This document shows, in pieces, positions 1 to 11,319 of a stretch of DNA of 64,000 bases. How positions within the stretch are numbered: position 1 is the stretch's first letter; the number at the start of each line of letters is the position of its first letter. The stretch comes from Lepidodermella squamata. Lineage: Eukaryota; Animalia; Gastrotricha. The position numbers and the translations under genes were made by a program. The notes under the pieces are model-generated. The model was not told where the DNA came from, made no database searches, and saw only the letters and a list, made by a program, of their open reading frames with translations. The stretch spans positions 558,001-622,000 of the forward strand of contig JBLDXI010000013.1 of the NCBI GenBank assembly GCA_047495785.1, read 5' to 3'.

Positions 1-85
1 TCCGACAACATCCCACTCCGCCGACAGCGTCAACAGCAATAGCAAGCAGCAATTGTCAACCAACGCGAATAAGAGCGAGTTTTAG
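1..85 (+). CDS. Possible 3' end of an upstream gene (partial)
   Basis: The frame from position 2 is open to TAG at 83-85 (PTTSHSADSVNSNSKQQLSTNANKSEF*) and is followed by AT-rich UTR-like sequence. No homology recognised. Confidence 0.35.
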   Translation, partial: PTTSHSADSVNSNSKQQLSTNANKSEF

Positions 86-1185
86 GGCATGAAATTCGAG
101 GCAAATTAAATACTGCTGTGATTCGGTGTCTTATCGTGTAAATACCGATGGAAATTTGTATTCCACCGACTTTCGTTCTTTAATGAGAATTTTATTATTT
201 TTTCAACTGATATGCTTGATCAACCTTGTTATGCAGCGTGTATCGCACCCGTGTCTTTGTTGAGCTGTAAAATTATGTACAATCAATCAACACCGATTGA
301 GCCACCTCCTCTCAACGATTTTTTACTCTGCTGATGAAGCCGTAAATACGTAATGATTTCTGTCAACTTGGAGTTGAATTTTAGTTACAATTAACTTGAT
401 TTTCCCTACTCCTGAATCGAGCATCCTGATGTGAAATTACCAGCCTGCTTTATGTGCTACGAACTGTGGGCACCACAGATGTCTTATTAGCTCAAACAGA
501 TCGAGTTTTCTATTGCAACATCCTTCCATTCCCATGATAGACAACATTATTGTCTAAGGTAATTTTTGTGAGTCATAATTTCGATCTTTGTTCGATCCCT
601 GCGAAGAAGTTGCCCAATGAATAATTTAACAGAATTCTATTTCTTCTACTTTTGCTCTCTACTGTGTCTGGTGAGCGTCTCCATAGCTGCCTCCGTCATA
701 AATTGATTTCTTTTCGAATCGTTATGAGTTTGACACAAGAGGCAGTAAAAAACCATCAGGTAGCGTATCGTCTTGAAGTAGCAAAAAGAATGCGGCAAAA
801 AGTTGGTTGTTCGTATTATTACTATGATTATGATTATCGCCCAAGCATGCGTGATCTTTAGTGCAAATCGTTTTTTTTGTCAAAGTTAAACCCAAACAAC
901 GTGGAAACTGTCTTCCCTCATAAAACTGCGAGTATTATACATACGTCTTTGTTTACGCGCCTTTTTTAAGATCTCTTGGGATGTCAGCGGCATGTTCTGG
1001 ATAAATCAAATACCTAAGTTGTTGAAATTTTATTGCTGCCTCGGTATATCATGTTATTTAGCAGAGAAAGCCACATTTTGATCACTTTTGTACCAGCGTT
1101 GTGTGTTTTCATTGTTTATGAGAAAGTTTAAAAAGTTGAGCATTTTTACTGACCTTTTCACTTTATTCAAATATTTAGGGTTTTA

Positions 1186-2723
1186 ATGGGGTGTTGCCAA
1201 TCCGCCCCGCAGATCGAACGCGAGCCAGAAGAGAAGGATAAATCAAAACCAATCGAGCTACCTGCAACGAATGGCAAGCCTAAAGATTTATTCTCTGTCT
1301 CGGCGTCTTCCGCCCTGAACCCCAAGCTGCCCCCAGTTGTTAAACCAGTGGCTAATGGAAAATCTAAGTCTAGTCAGGCGAAAAAACGGAAAAATGGGCG
1401 GGTTCACGATGCGGAATATATGGAAATGGGCATGCGAGGTATGGTCCAGTATCAAGATAAACAAGGCTATGTTGCTATTTTCGACACTCGAGTCCTTCAA
1501 AAGTATTACGTGAAAGGTCTGATTGGACAAGGCCGCTGTTCCGACATCTTCCGAGCTGAGCACAAAGCGTCGAAGCAGCCTTTTGCCATCAAGGCGATCG
1601 ACAAACTTCGCGCCCTCGATTCTTGCGATGTGGAACTAGCAGTTCTGCGTCGAGTTTCTCATCCTAATATTTTAGAATTGGTCGAAGTTTTCGACTGCCC
1701 AGATCGTGTTTTCTTTGTGATTGAGCTGGCGACAGGTGGAGATTTACTCGACCGAATGAGTGAGAGAGGCCAATTCAGCGAACTAGAAGCGTGCACCATT
1801 GTAAAATCGATTCTCGAAGGGTTGAAATACCTCCATTCGCTCGCGATAGCCCACTGCGATCTCAGGCCTGAGAACATCTTGTTCTACCATCCCGGTAAAG
1901 ATTCACGTGCTATGATAACCGACTTCGGCCAAGCTGTGGAATGCCGCGATCTTGAGGGTGTCGTGTTAACTGCTCCCCTTCACAACGCCTCGCCAGAATA
2001 TCTCGCTCCTGAAATTTTGGCCCGTGTGCCAGCTTCAGTGTCAGTTGATTTGTGGAGTATTGGCGTGCTTGCTTTCACGATGCTTTCCGGCCATTTGCCG
2101 TTCTTCGACGACAGTAAGCCGAACTTGATGCGAAAAATTCTCCGGTCGCAGTATACTTTTCACGAGAAACATTGGGAGGGTGTTTCGACGCAGGCGAAGA
2201 ACTTCATCGATCGGCTGCTTGTCGTGGATGCGTCGAATCGAATGACAGCAGGTCAAGCACTTCGACACGCGTGGATTTTCGCAACTCTCGGACCGGTGGC
2301 CAGCGAAAATGTGGTCAAAACCATGAATGGGCATGGAAATGGAATGGGTGGCAATCGGACAGATGCGGGCCGGAAAAACCGACCTGATAGTGCTGGCATG
2401 TTCTCCCTGGGCGATGTCAGCATTCACTCGCTTAGATTAGCTGGTTCTTCCGGTAACCACCACAGCCACGCCTCGAGCAACCGCAGAAATTTGCCCTCCG
2501 CAGGGGCTTCCTCCGTAATCAGCGGAGATATGGTTCGACTTCTGAGTTGATCGTTGATAAATTGAAAATAATTCTGAATTTTTTCTAGACTGATGTCGAC
2601 TCTACGGTTGATACATCAACAATAGTTGGGGCTGAAACTGACGATAATGAATCTTCAATAACCGAAGTGCTGGGGATAGGCGTTACCCCGCGTCGAATCA
2701 AGTCTACTGTGATATCTGAATAA
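1186..2723 (+). CDS. PSKH1: Serine/threonine kinase H1-like (CAMK group), 2 exons
   Basis: MGCC acylation N-terminus. FDTRVLQKYYVKGLIG, FAIK, ELATGGDL, ENILFYHPGKDSRAMITDFG and YLAPE match PSKH1. An intron at about 2533-2588 leads to a last exon ending TAA 2721-2723. Confidence 0.88.
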
Positions 2724-3035
2724 TTGATCTACTTCTTATGTAACTAAATATGTTGAAAATTTGGTGCTCCAATTTAGAAATTTCACCCGTGTGATAATCA
2801 AAAGCTACTGTGATATCTATTGTTCTAGTCCATTCCTTGGAATGTATTTGCTGATAGCTATTGCTTTCGATACCAGTGATGACGGACTGCAAAGATTTTT
2901 AATTTATTTTCCAACTTGTTCACTTGAATTTGTTTTACTTTTTCATGTGTTCTATTTTTGATAAATTTCATGAAGATTTTATCGTTCTAAAATGTGTTTG
3001 CCTTTTTCTTGTAGTTGTTAATTTCTTTGCTCAAA

Positions 3036-3958
3036 ATGTCCGGGGTATTTTACAACAACCCGCGGTTTCAGCAGCAACGGCCACAGCCCAATTCAGCAAC
3101 TGTTCAGCGGTTGCTTGACGAGAACGCCTCGTTGATTCAAACTATCATGGAGTACCAGAAACGCGGATCTTTAGCTGAAGTATACGAGTAAGAAGTCGAT
3201 TTGTGATTACTCGAACACAACTGAATGATCGAATTTCAGGTATGAACAAATACTGCACCGAAATTTGGTATATTTGACGCAACTGGCGGATCCTTCAGTC
3301 ACCTCCCAGGCCCTTCCGGTTAGTTCCGCTGATTTTTCATTCGTTAGAGCTGATTGATAAACTTAATTTTTTTTCTTAGCCTCCGATGCCGCCAACCGCA
3401 GTCAACGGATCATCAGGTTCTAATCCTGTGCGCATGCCCAATGTGAATCTAGGGCAGATGGGTGCGGCAAACACACCTCGGCCGCAGCAATCTTCAGCCT
3501 CCTATTCCTCTGTCGACGGTTCAGTGCGGCCGCCTGGTCAGCCTCAAATGCAAGTGATGCCACAGACCGCCCCTCAGCCACAGCCTATGTCTCAATCAGC
3601 TGCGCCGATGGGTTACAGACCAGGTCAGCCGGGCGCCCCGCCCTCACAGCCGTACCCAGGCGCTGGCGGTCAACCCGTCTCTGGACAACCGTACGGTGGT
3701 CAACCACCTCAATCTTACGGCCAACCGGCGCCGGGTATGCCGGGTATGATCCGACAACCGCCGCAGATGCAGCAGATGCCTCAGGCCGGCATGATGCGTC
3801 ACCAACAGCCGCAGTACGGCCAACCGCCCGGGGGTATGTACCAGCAGCCTCAGATGGTGCAGCAGAACGGGCCGATGGGCATGCAGCCTGGTATGCCTGG
3901 TATGCCTGGTGCGCCTCAGCAAATCGGTTACGCGCAACAGGGTTACCCCAGTCAATGA
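3036..3958 (+). CDS. SS18: SS18/SSXT (CREST-like) BAF complex subunit, 3 exons
   Basis: Spliced SNH domain (VQRLLDENASLIQTIMEYQ...YEQILHRNLVYLTQLAD) followed by a QPGY-rich tail. Confidence 0.9.
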
Positions 3959-4868
3959 TTATGGATGCGTCTCTTTTTTCTAATACTAATTGAAATGACT
4001 GTCATCGCGTTGTTTTATTGCTATCTCGGTGTCTTCTCGTTTGTAATTTCGTCCAAATTGCCAAAAAAACTGCTCAAACTATGGATGGTGAACTTTTTGG
4101 ATGATATAATGCCAGATAAATAAAAAGCCGTTTTTGCATAACTTCGTTTTTACCATTATCCTGGTAATTTTGAATATCAATGCAGCCATGGCAGACACTT
4201 GGGTTGGGGTTTGGGTGCCGCCGAAACATTAATTCTGAGTAAAAACGAATCAGCCGGCAGAGGAAAAATTGACATACCGTAAACGCTCAAATATAGGCCT
4301 TCTATCAAGGTTCAAGTGAGTGTTAAGGGGGATGCTCTGCAATCCAAATTTTCATCACTATCGAATAGAAATAATTTGGAAAGAGTGTAATTATAGCTCA
4401 GGGGCCTGATGAAACCAATGGCAGATTTTCTGCCTCGGGAGTTTCATTATTTTCATAAAAAAAAAAGTAAATACAGGGTATACCAAAATAGAGGGCAGAT
4501 CCTGAATTGAGAGCAGGTCTTTTAGAAAAAAGTAGAAAAAAATAGAAAAAATACCTAATAATTTGGAATTGTCGGCTATGTATTTTAATTTGGCCTTCTT
4601 CAATCCAACCAAATTTAGGTGACATTCCGTATTCTCTATAATTTCCCATCACAAACAGGCAAACATTTAAAAAGAAGTGATGGGTGTTGAGTAGATCCGG
4701 GTAGTCGTTTCAAGAACTCCTTTCACTGTATTAATTCTAAAAGTGATCCGAGTTTTGACAGCGGAAAAGTAAAAAATAACAAGACTTTTATCTATCGCAA
4801 ATCTATGTCTTCTTTATTATCTATCTTGTCAAGTTATATAAGCTTTGTATTCACAAGGGTTACTATTA

Positions 4869-6066
4869 TTAGCACGAAACGGCCTCGTCTTCGTCGCCGG
4901 CATTGGCTTCGTTGATTTTACACGTCTCCAGATGTTTCGTGACATAAGATTTTAACGCGAACGGGCGCTGGCACTTGGGACAGGCGTGCGACTTGTCGGC
5001 AGAATGCAATTTTTGGTGTACCCGAAGGTTCGATCGGTCTGCGAATGACTTGCCACACGTTTCACAGGAGAATGGCTTCTCTTGCGTGTGACAGCGCAGG
5101 TGGCCTTGCAGCAGCCAGAGGCGCGAAAATTTCTTCTGGCATACCGGGCATTGATTCGCCATGTCGTGAGTCATCTGGTGCATTGTCAACGCTGTCGTCA
5201 AAGAAACAAACAATCGTGACCATTAAATCATAAGCAATTCGATCAAGCGTTACCTGCTTGGCTATAGTATTTTTTATCACAGGTCGGACACGACAACGTT
5301 TCTCCGCTTTCTCCGGCCATGTGAATCTGTCTATGGCGTGCTAGGTTTGACGCAGTTGAATAAACTTTGTTGCAGTCTTCGCACAAATATTGCGAAGAGC
5401 CAGCGGCTGATTTCGCCGTCTTCGCGCTGCCACGGGAGCCAGCGTTGCTGCTCGTGTCAGAATCAAGAAAGTGATCTAACAACCGCTTCCTGCTTCGACC
5501 ATCACTAAATTTCTGAGCCAATGACGGCGATTCACCGCGGCTGGCACTGCTCAGACTAGTATTTCTGCCACCACTGCTGGTAGGCGATGACCGGCTCACA
5601 TTTTCATCAATTGAAGCTATGCGCGTAACTTGCTCTCCTATTGAAAAAAAGGAAAAATTATCGAATTCTAGGGAAACGAAAAATATGGTTGATTTTTACG
5701 TGTTCGGTGTTCCTTAAGACTGAAAAATTTCGACGTAATTTTCAAGTTTTGCTCAGTCCCAAGCCATATTTCATGGCCATAAAAAATCATAATTTGGCTA
5801 AAAATTTAGCTCACTTCGAAAGGTATGATGAATAGAAGCAATATCTAAATTTCAATTTTGATTGTTATATCATTTTATGAATCTGAGCCCTCTAAACATT
5901 ATTTTCCAAACATTAAAAAATTGTGTTGCCAAGTTTTCTCAAATTGCGACTTACTTTTCGGTGAAACACTTCCTCGTCCCAGATAACTCACAGCGAGATG
6001 GGCTAGAGATAAAAGCGGCGCCCAGTCCGCATTTTGTTTGGTATTGTTCGACGATGTCAATGCCAT
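4869..6066 (-). CDS. scrt: Scratch-type Snail-superfamily C2H2 zinc-finger transcription factor, 3 exons
   Basis: Five fingers including YSTASNLARHRQIH, FSRLWLLQGHLRCH, FADRSNLRVH and FALKSYVTKH, which are Scratch-type. A putative first exon from ATG 6066 has a GTAAGT donor phase-compatible with the acceptor near 5638. Confidence 0.85.
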
Positions 6067-6358
6067 TTAAGCAAAAACCTCAGCTGCCTATCAGACAAGT
6101 GGAGATATTATAGAGAAAGTGAAATCAACAGTTGGTTTACTGTGCCTGCGTAGAATTACAATGCGAAAAATAAAGTTCTTCGGTTGTTCGTCAGTGTTTT
6201 ATTATTATTATTACTATTACGACAAGCGAATGTGCGCATGCAGCATGTGTATCGATCGCCTCACGGTCGTCCGGTCATAAGCAATATATAAGAGCAAGGC
6301 TGCTGTAGATCAATATAAGTTGCATGGGTTGTTGTGTCAAAATGAGCCACATCATAAA

Positions 6359-6376
6359 CACACACACACACACACA
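6359..6376. repeat. (CA)9 microsatellite
   Basis: Directly visible. Confidence 0.95.
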
Positions 6377-6874
6377 TGAAAACTAGAGAGACGCTGAAAA
6401 ATCGATGCTGCTAGTAAGAGCAGCGAAAGAAACGGCGCGTGCCACTGCGCGGCCATCGTGTGTATGTATGTTTGGAATGCTATAATTTTCGTTACTAATA
6501 GCAGTAGTTACAAGGATATCGCCGGGTGAGAGGAACTGGACGACGACTTTCTTCCGATTTACTGACCTGCAAAAGCGAAGAGCACGCAAATTCGGTGTGT
6601 GAAAAATTGAACAACAATTTTCGCAGTGGTTGTACTAGATTATGCCGACTCTGTTAAGCCGAAGTAAGGTCTCACGTGCGACCAGCGACAATCGATTAAA
6701 TAATTCAAGGGATATAACGCGACGTGTAAGGCAGTGTTGAACATAATGGCTACTTCAGTGTGCGCTCGGTTATTCGAGGGCGCGGTTTACGATTTGTTTG
6801 GTTTGCTGTCCGTAACACACCCTGTTGTTCGTGGTTTATAGCAGTGACAATGAGATAACAAAAGACCTGCAACC

Positions 6875-7001
6875 CACTTGTTGCGTCGAATTATTTGCTT
6901 TTCACGAATTAACTACACCGCCCGTCGATGTTAAGAGGATGTAGAGAACAGCTGGGTTAGGCATAAAACGGCTCAACAGGTGCGAACCCGGTCAACAGGT
7001 G
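6875..7001. promoter_or_regulatory. Cluster of Snail/Scratch-type E-boxes upstream of scratch
   Basis: CAACAGGTG at 6974 and 6993, CACTTGTTGC at 6875 and CAGCTG near 6949. Confidence 0.5.
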
Positions 7002-7426
7002 AGCCCTATTCTTTAACCTCGGTAATAAAGTACAAACATCATGGAAGTATCAAGCTGCCTATTGACCGTGCCGTATACAGTGTCACCGATATTATTACCA
7101 AGAGCATCACGCATCACGAGTCTCCTCTTTTTATGACATTTTTTCACCGCTAAAACAATCACGTTGTGTTTTTTTTACGGCAACTTGGTATGCTGATCAT
7201 GTTGATGTGCTTGCAATAAAGACTAGCGTGACGTTTGCCACGTCGACACTCAGCCTCGATTTAACCAAGACTGCTCGAGTCAGGCGATCATTAATAATTG
7301 ACGATAAGAAAGATCGCGCAAATTTATCGGCGTTTTTTCACCCTTGTCGCAAAGGTGCGCAGTGCAACGTGAATAAAAACCCTACTCTGTGTTTATTCTC
7401 TGCTATAAGTTTTTTGAAGAAATAAA

Positions 7427-8082
7427 ATGGATCGTATTATGCAAACTTTTGGCTACGGCGTCGAACGCGGCCCTGTTGGCCGGAGAGTTCGGATACGGCG
7501 TAATTCCGATGAAAACGAGCTTGTCCAGCGCTGGAACCCCGACGAAGACGAGGAATTGCCGGAAGACTGGAACGAAGAGTTGCCGTTTGGCGGCAAGGTC
7601 TACCTCGCCCGCAAAAAGAAGCCCGATACCTGGCTTTGTGTCGCTCTGCAGGCCGGTTCGATTATTCTCGCTATATCACTAGCTGGTTATGCGTGGTGGT
7701 ACTTTGACCATCTTCATTTTCGGGTCGCTCATTTTTACGCCGATCTTGGCTATCCACATGCGCAACACGTCGTCGCCGAGAAGTATCTTCATGGGGAAGG
7801 AACTAAAAAAGATGAACACAAGGCAATGAAGTATTTCCGACATGCAGCGGAACAAGGCCATCCCCATTCAGCATACAATCTGGCTGTGGGTTATCTTCAA
7901 GGCATGAAAACGGACGTTAAACCTGGGTAAAAAATATTGAAAAAATTGAAAAATCGATGAATTTATTGCTTCCTATTTTATATAGCGAAGCTCATCAGCT
8001 CATCCAACACGCTGCTCGACATGGTGTTATCGAAGCTCACGAAACTTTGAACGACATTTGTGCGAATGGAGGGTGCGAATAG
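7427..8082 (+). CDS. Single-pass membrane protein with Sel1-like repeats, 2 exons
   Basis: A hydrophobic segment is followed by ADLGYPHAQHVVAEKYLHGEG...AMKYFRHAAEQGHPHSAYNLAVGYLQG. Exon 2 (7986-8082) ends in TAG. Confidence 0.85.
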
Positions 8083-8306
8083 CCGGAATTTATCGTTCGA
8101 GTACCAATATAACCCGTGATCGTTTTATTTTCAATACAATTTTTTCCGGAGATTTCTAGCTGTGATACATATACTTCTCGTTGTGAAATCGAAACACCTC
8201 TCTCGCCGTAAAATTTGTGTCTTTTGACGTGACAAAGCTTTTATTGCATGAATTAATTTGTCGAATAAAAAAAACGTAGAAAAAATCCGGCATTCAAGCT
8301 CTATGT

Positions 8307-8889
8307 CTATTTTTTAGGACAGGTGAGGCATCCATTTCGACACGCTGTCATGCAGAGCACAGCTGCTTTGATGATGCTTGAATGTTGAACGAACCACTCT
8401 TTGCAAGGTTTGTGCACATTTTCAACACAGTTCGCCATTTGTTGAGCAGTATTGCAGAACCCGTGAACAATTCGTTTGAAAGGCGGTTGGCGACATGCCT
8501 GTAAAATTGATGATGGTGACATTTTCTTATCTTTAATCAACTCGTGACCCAATTACCGAAGGCGCAACGGCAGGTCGAACTACAAATTCCATCTCTTCGA
8601 ATTTCGCAAAGGTTTCATTTGCCCACAATCTGCCCAGTTTCTCAGATATCTGCGCGCCGCAAAATGTCACCGCAATAGCGCACTCTTGATCAAAGGTCGC
8701 ACTTGAGCTGATGTTCGATGCGGTGAAATTTACTGCGTGGTTCGAACCTGGAAACGGATAAGCTGAATCCGACATTTCTATATCACTTGAATGCAGCAGA
8801 TAGGATTGACGAATTAGGATTAACGTGCTCGCAAGGCAAATGATCGCAAGGTAGCCGAGGAGGTACCTGAAGGCACTAAGGCGGAGCAT
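8307..8889 (-). CDS. Secreted or anchored 10-cysteine protein, paralog A, 2 exons
   Basis: Hydrophobic N-terminus, a phase-0 GT-AG intron at about 8556-8500, and a C-terminal CxxxCxNGCxTCP motif shared with the gene at 10064-10570. Confidence 0.72.
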
Positions 8890-10063
8890 TTGCTCACAGC
8901 GTGGAGCAGTAGATGTTAGCGGCCATCGTTAATACGCTGAGATGGCTATTTTTAGTAAATGCAATTTATTAAATTAGAAACCATGAAAATGCATAAGCTC
9001 AAATGGAGCGTGTATGTATGTTTTAGCGAAATTAGGTCGATGACAAGAAAGTATCAATATCATAAAAAATATTCTCCCTGGATTTAAAAAGCAATCGAGT
9101 TATCAATGATATTATACATATATAATATGATACAAAACGAGAGCTTGCATAAATGGGATGTTCTTACTCCGCATGTTCCATTCTCATTACGCGTATGTTT
9201 CTTATTCGTGCTCTTAATCGAAGGGTAGGTAATAGCTATTTGCGCCTATTGACGAGGCATTGATGCATGAAAAGCGCCGAAAGCGCATCCAAAGCTTTTC
9301 TTAAGCTGCAGGATGAGCACGTATCAAATTGCAACTGCTGAACGGTGGCTTCGTTTCGCCACCGGGTCCGTTGCAGCAGGCGGAAAATAACAAGCGAAAG
9401 CGCTAACAACTGTGAGATATCGTCCGGATGTTTTTTACTACGAAGTGATTCACTTTTTGACCCGAGGAAATTCTCAAATAAGATTTCAAAAACTCTAAAG
9501 TGTCTTTTGCTTCACAAAACATGGGCACCGACTAGTTAAAAAGCCGGTTCCGGCTACCGTCTGAAATATGAGTATGAGTTCACTAGCGCCTACTCTCTCC
9601 TACACTACCACATGAATCCTGCTGCGGCCATGGCGCTTTCCAGGTCTGCGAATGTCTGTCTCAGACAATTTTTTCTGGTCATTATCATTCAAGAATAAAT
9701 AGTAATCTCGAAACACTTCTCGAACTGTTTGGACGAATTTTGTATTCGCCTCCTCCAAAAATTTCAAAATGTTCTTGATCGCAACCCTGAACCTCTGAAG
9801 GTCCTGCAGCTTGACCTTCACCGAAAACTGGGATTAAGAGGGACGTACGAAAAATGAAACAGTTTACTTGGATCGTTTGCATCAGCTGAGAAACTTTATT
9901 CTTGTTATTTTTTTTGCAATTTTTCAGGCAGAAAAATACTGTCACTCGGACAATAAAAAAACGTCGTAACACAACAATAGGTGAAAAACTGAATTCAATT
10001 TTTAAATAATAGCTAAGAGTTAGTTGTGCGTTGTATCTAATCTACTTCGCGTTGAACGTGAAG

Positions 10064-10570
10064 TCACATTGCTTCGCTGTTCGAAGTGGATCGTATCGCA
10101 TTTTGAATGGTCTCGGGACAAGTTATACAACCATTTTTGCAGCCGACCAGACAAGTTGTAGCCGACTGGAAAAGCGTCTTTTGCGTGATAAACCAAGGCA
10201 TACACCTGCCGAGGCTGTTTGTGTTGACGCATTTGGCTGAAAATAGAAAGTTGAAGATTTCTAATTCGTCTAATAAACTGAAATTAAGCTTACCTAGCTT
10301 CTCAGTTCCAGCGCAAAAGTCGTATAGGAAGCGAGAAAACGGTTGCTTCATGCAGATTTTCGGAGACACAACCGGGGCAGCCATCAGCTGTAAGCTCGCC
10401 AGTCTGTCCATGGTGATAGCAGTTGTTGGGCCTGTGACTAGTGTTGATCGGCGAGTAGAGCAGAAGTTGTAGATTTCCATGCACTGGGAGTTTGAATTTA
10501 TTTCGGTATTACCAGCGCCCAAGTTGAGAAGACTCGAAAGCAAAATGGCGAGGGCGAATGCGCAACTCAT
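10064..10570 (-). CDS. Secreted 10-cysteine protein, paralog B, 2 exons
   Basis: Signal peptide MSCAFALAILLSSLLNLGAG, a frame-preserving GTAAG...TTTCAG intron, and the same cysteine pattern as paralog A. Confidence 0.75.
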   Translation of the reverse strand: MSCAFALAILLSSLLNLGAGNTEINSNSQCMEIYNFCSTRRSTLVTGPTTAITMDRLASLQLMAAPVVSPKICMKQPFSRFLYDFCAGTEKLGKLNFSLLDELEIFNFLFSAKCVNTNSLGRCMPWFITQKTLFQSATTCLVGCKNGCITCPETIQNAIRSTSNSEAM

Positions 10571-11319
10571 TTTTATTGAAGTTAATTACTAAATACTATC
10601 GGTGAATGTTGTAGTAGTGAAACTTTTTGCCGGCAACTTATTGCAACCACTAAAAGTGTAATTTAAAATTCACGTTGCGTAAAAACAATATTTAAAGCTG
10701 TTGTTGTAAGGGGGCGGTAGGAATGCGATATTTAGCACCAGCTTTTTCTGAGAAGGGGCACCTAGAACATAACTGATGATGGGAAGGAAAGCCTCGACAT
10801 GGCGTAGGAGTTTACGCTTCGCCGACGGTTCCGTTGCACTTTGGCTGATTGATTATTCGACTCCGCCGGCTGCATGATAGCTTTGAGAGCGGTCATCTGT
10901 TTTATTGTTGAAATCATCATCGTAGCAGACGTCACACGACAGCATACACGGTCTAAACACGTGAATATTTAATTGCCCACTAGAGAACACGTTTGCTCTG
11001 GCGACAGTTTTTCTTTTATTTAGCTGTCGAATGGAGTAATTGACGCACATTTAGGGATTTGTGACGCACGGAATTAATTTATGTAAATAAAACTCCCAAC
11101 TAACGTTAGCGCTGATTTGCGAAAGCTCCATGACAACAACAAATTTCAACATAATAAAACAACGATAAGCACCGATGCACTTTTGAAGGACTTGTGGCAA
11201 GAGGGAGAAACTAAAGCATTTCGCAATCCCTGGCGGGTCATTTACTGAAATAGAGCCAATAAACATTGTCGGTTCATGAATCACGCACACGAGTGCACGA
11301 CTGAGTCATCACGTTTTCT

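Noticed and set aside
4190-4760. CpG-poor intergenic segment, possible TE remnant
   Set aside because: No terminal inverted repeat, TSD or coding similarity detected.
9600-9972. Short minus-strand ORFs between the Cys-rich paralogs
   Set aside because: Possibly exons, but I found no consistent splice model or recognisable homology.
10770-10850. TGATGA...CTGA C/D snoRNA-like spacing
   Set aside because: No convincing terminal stem or recognisable rRNA guide.
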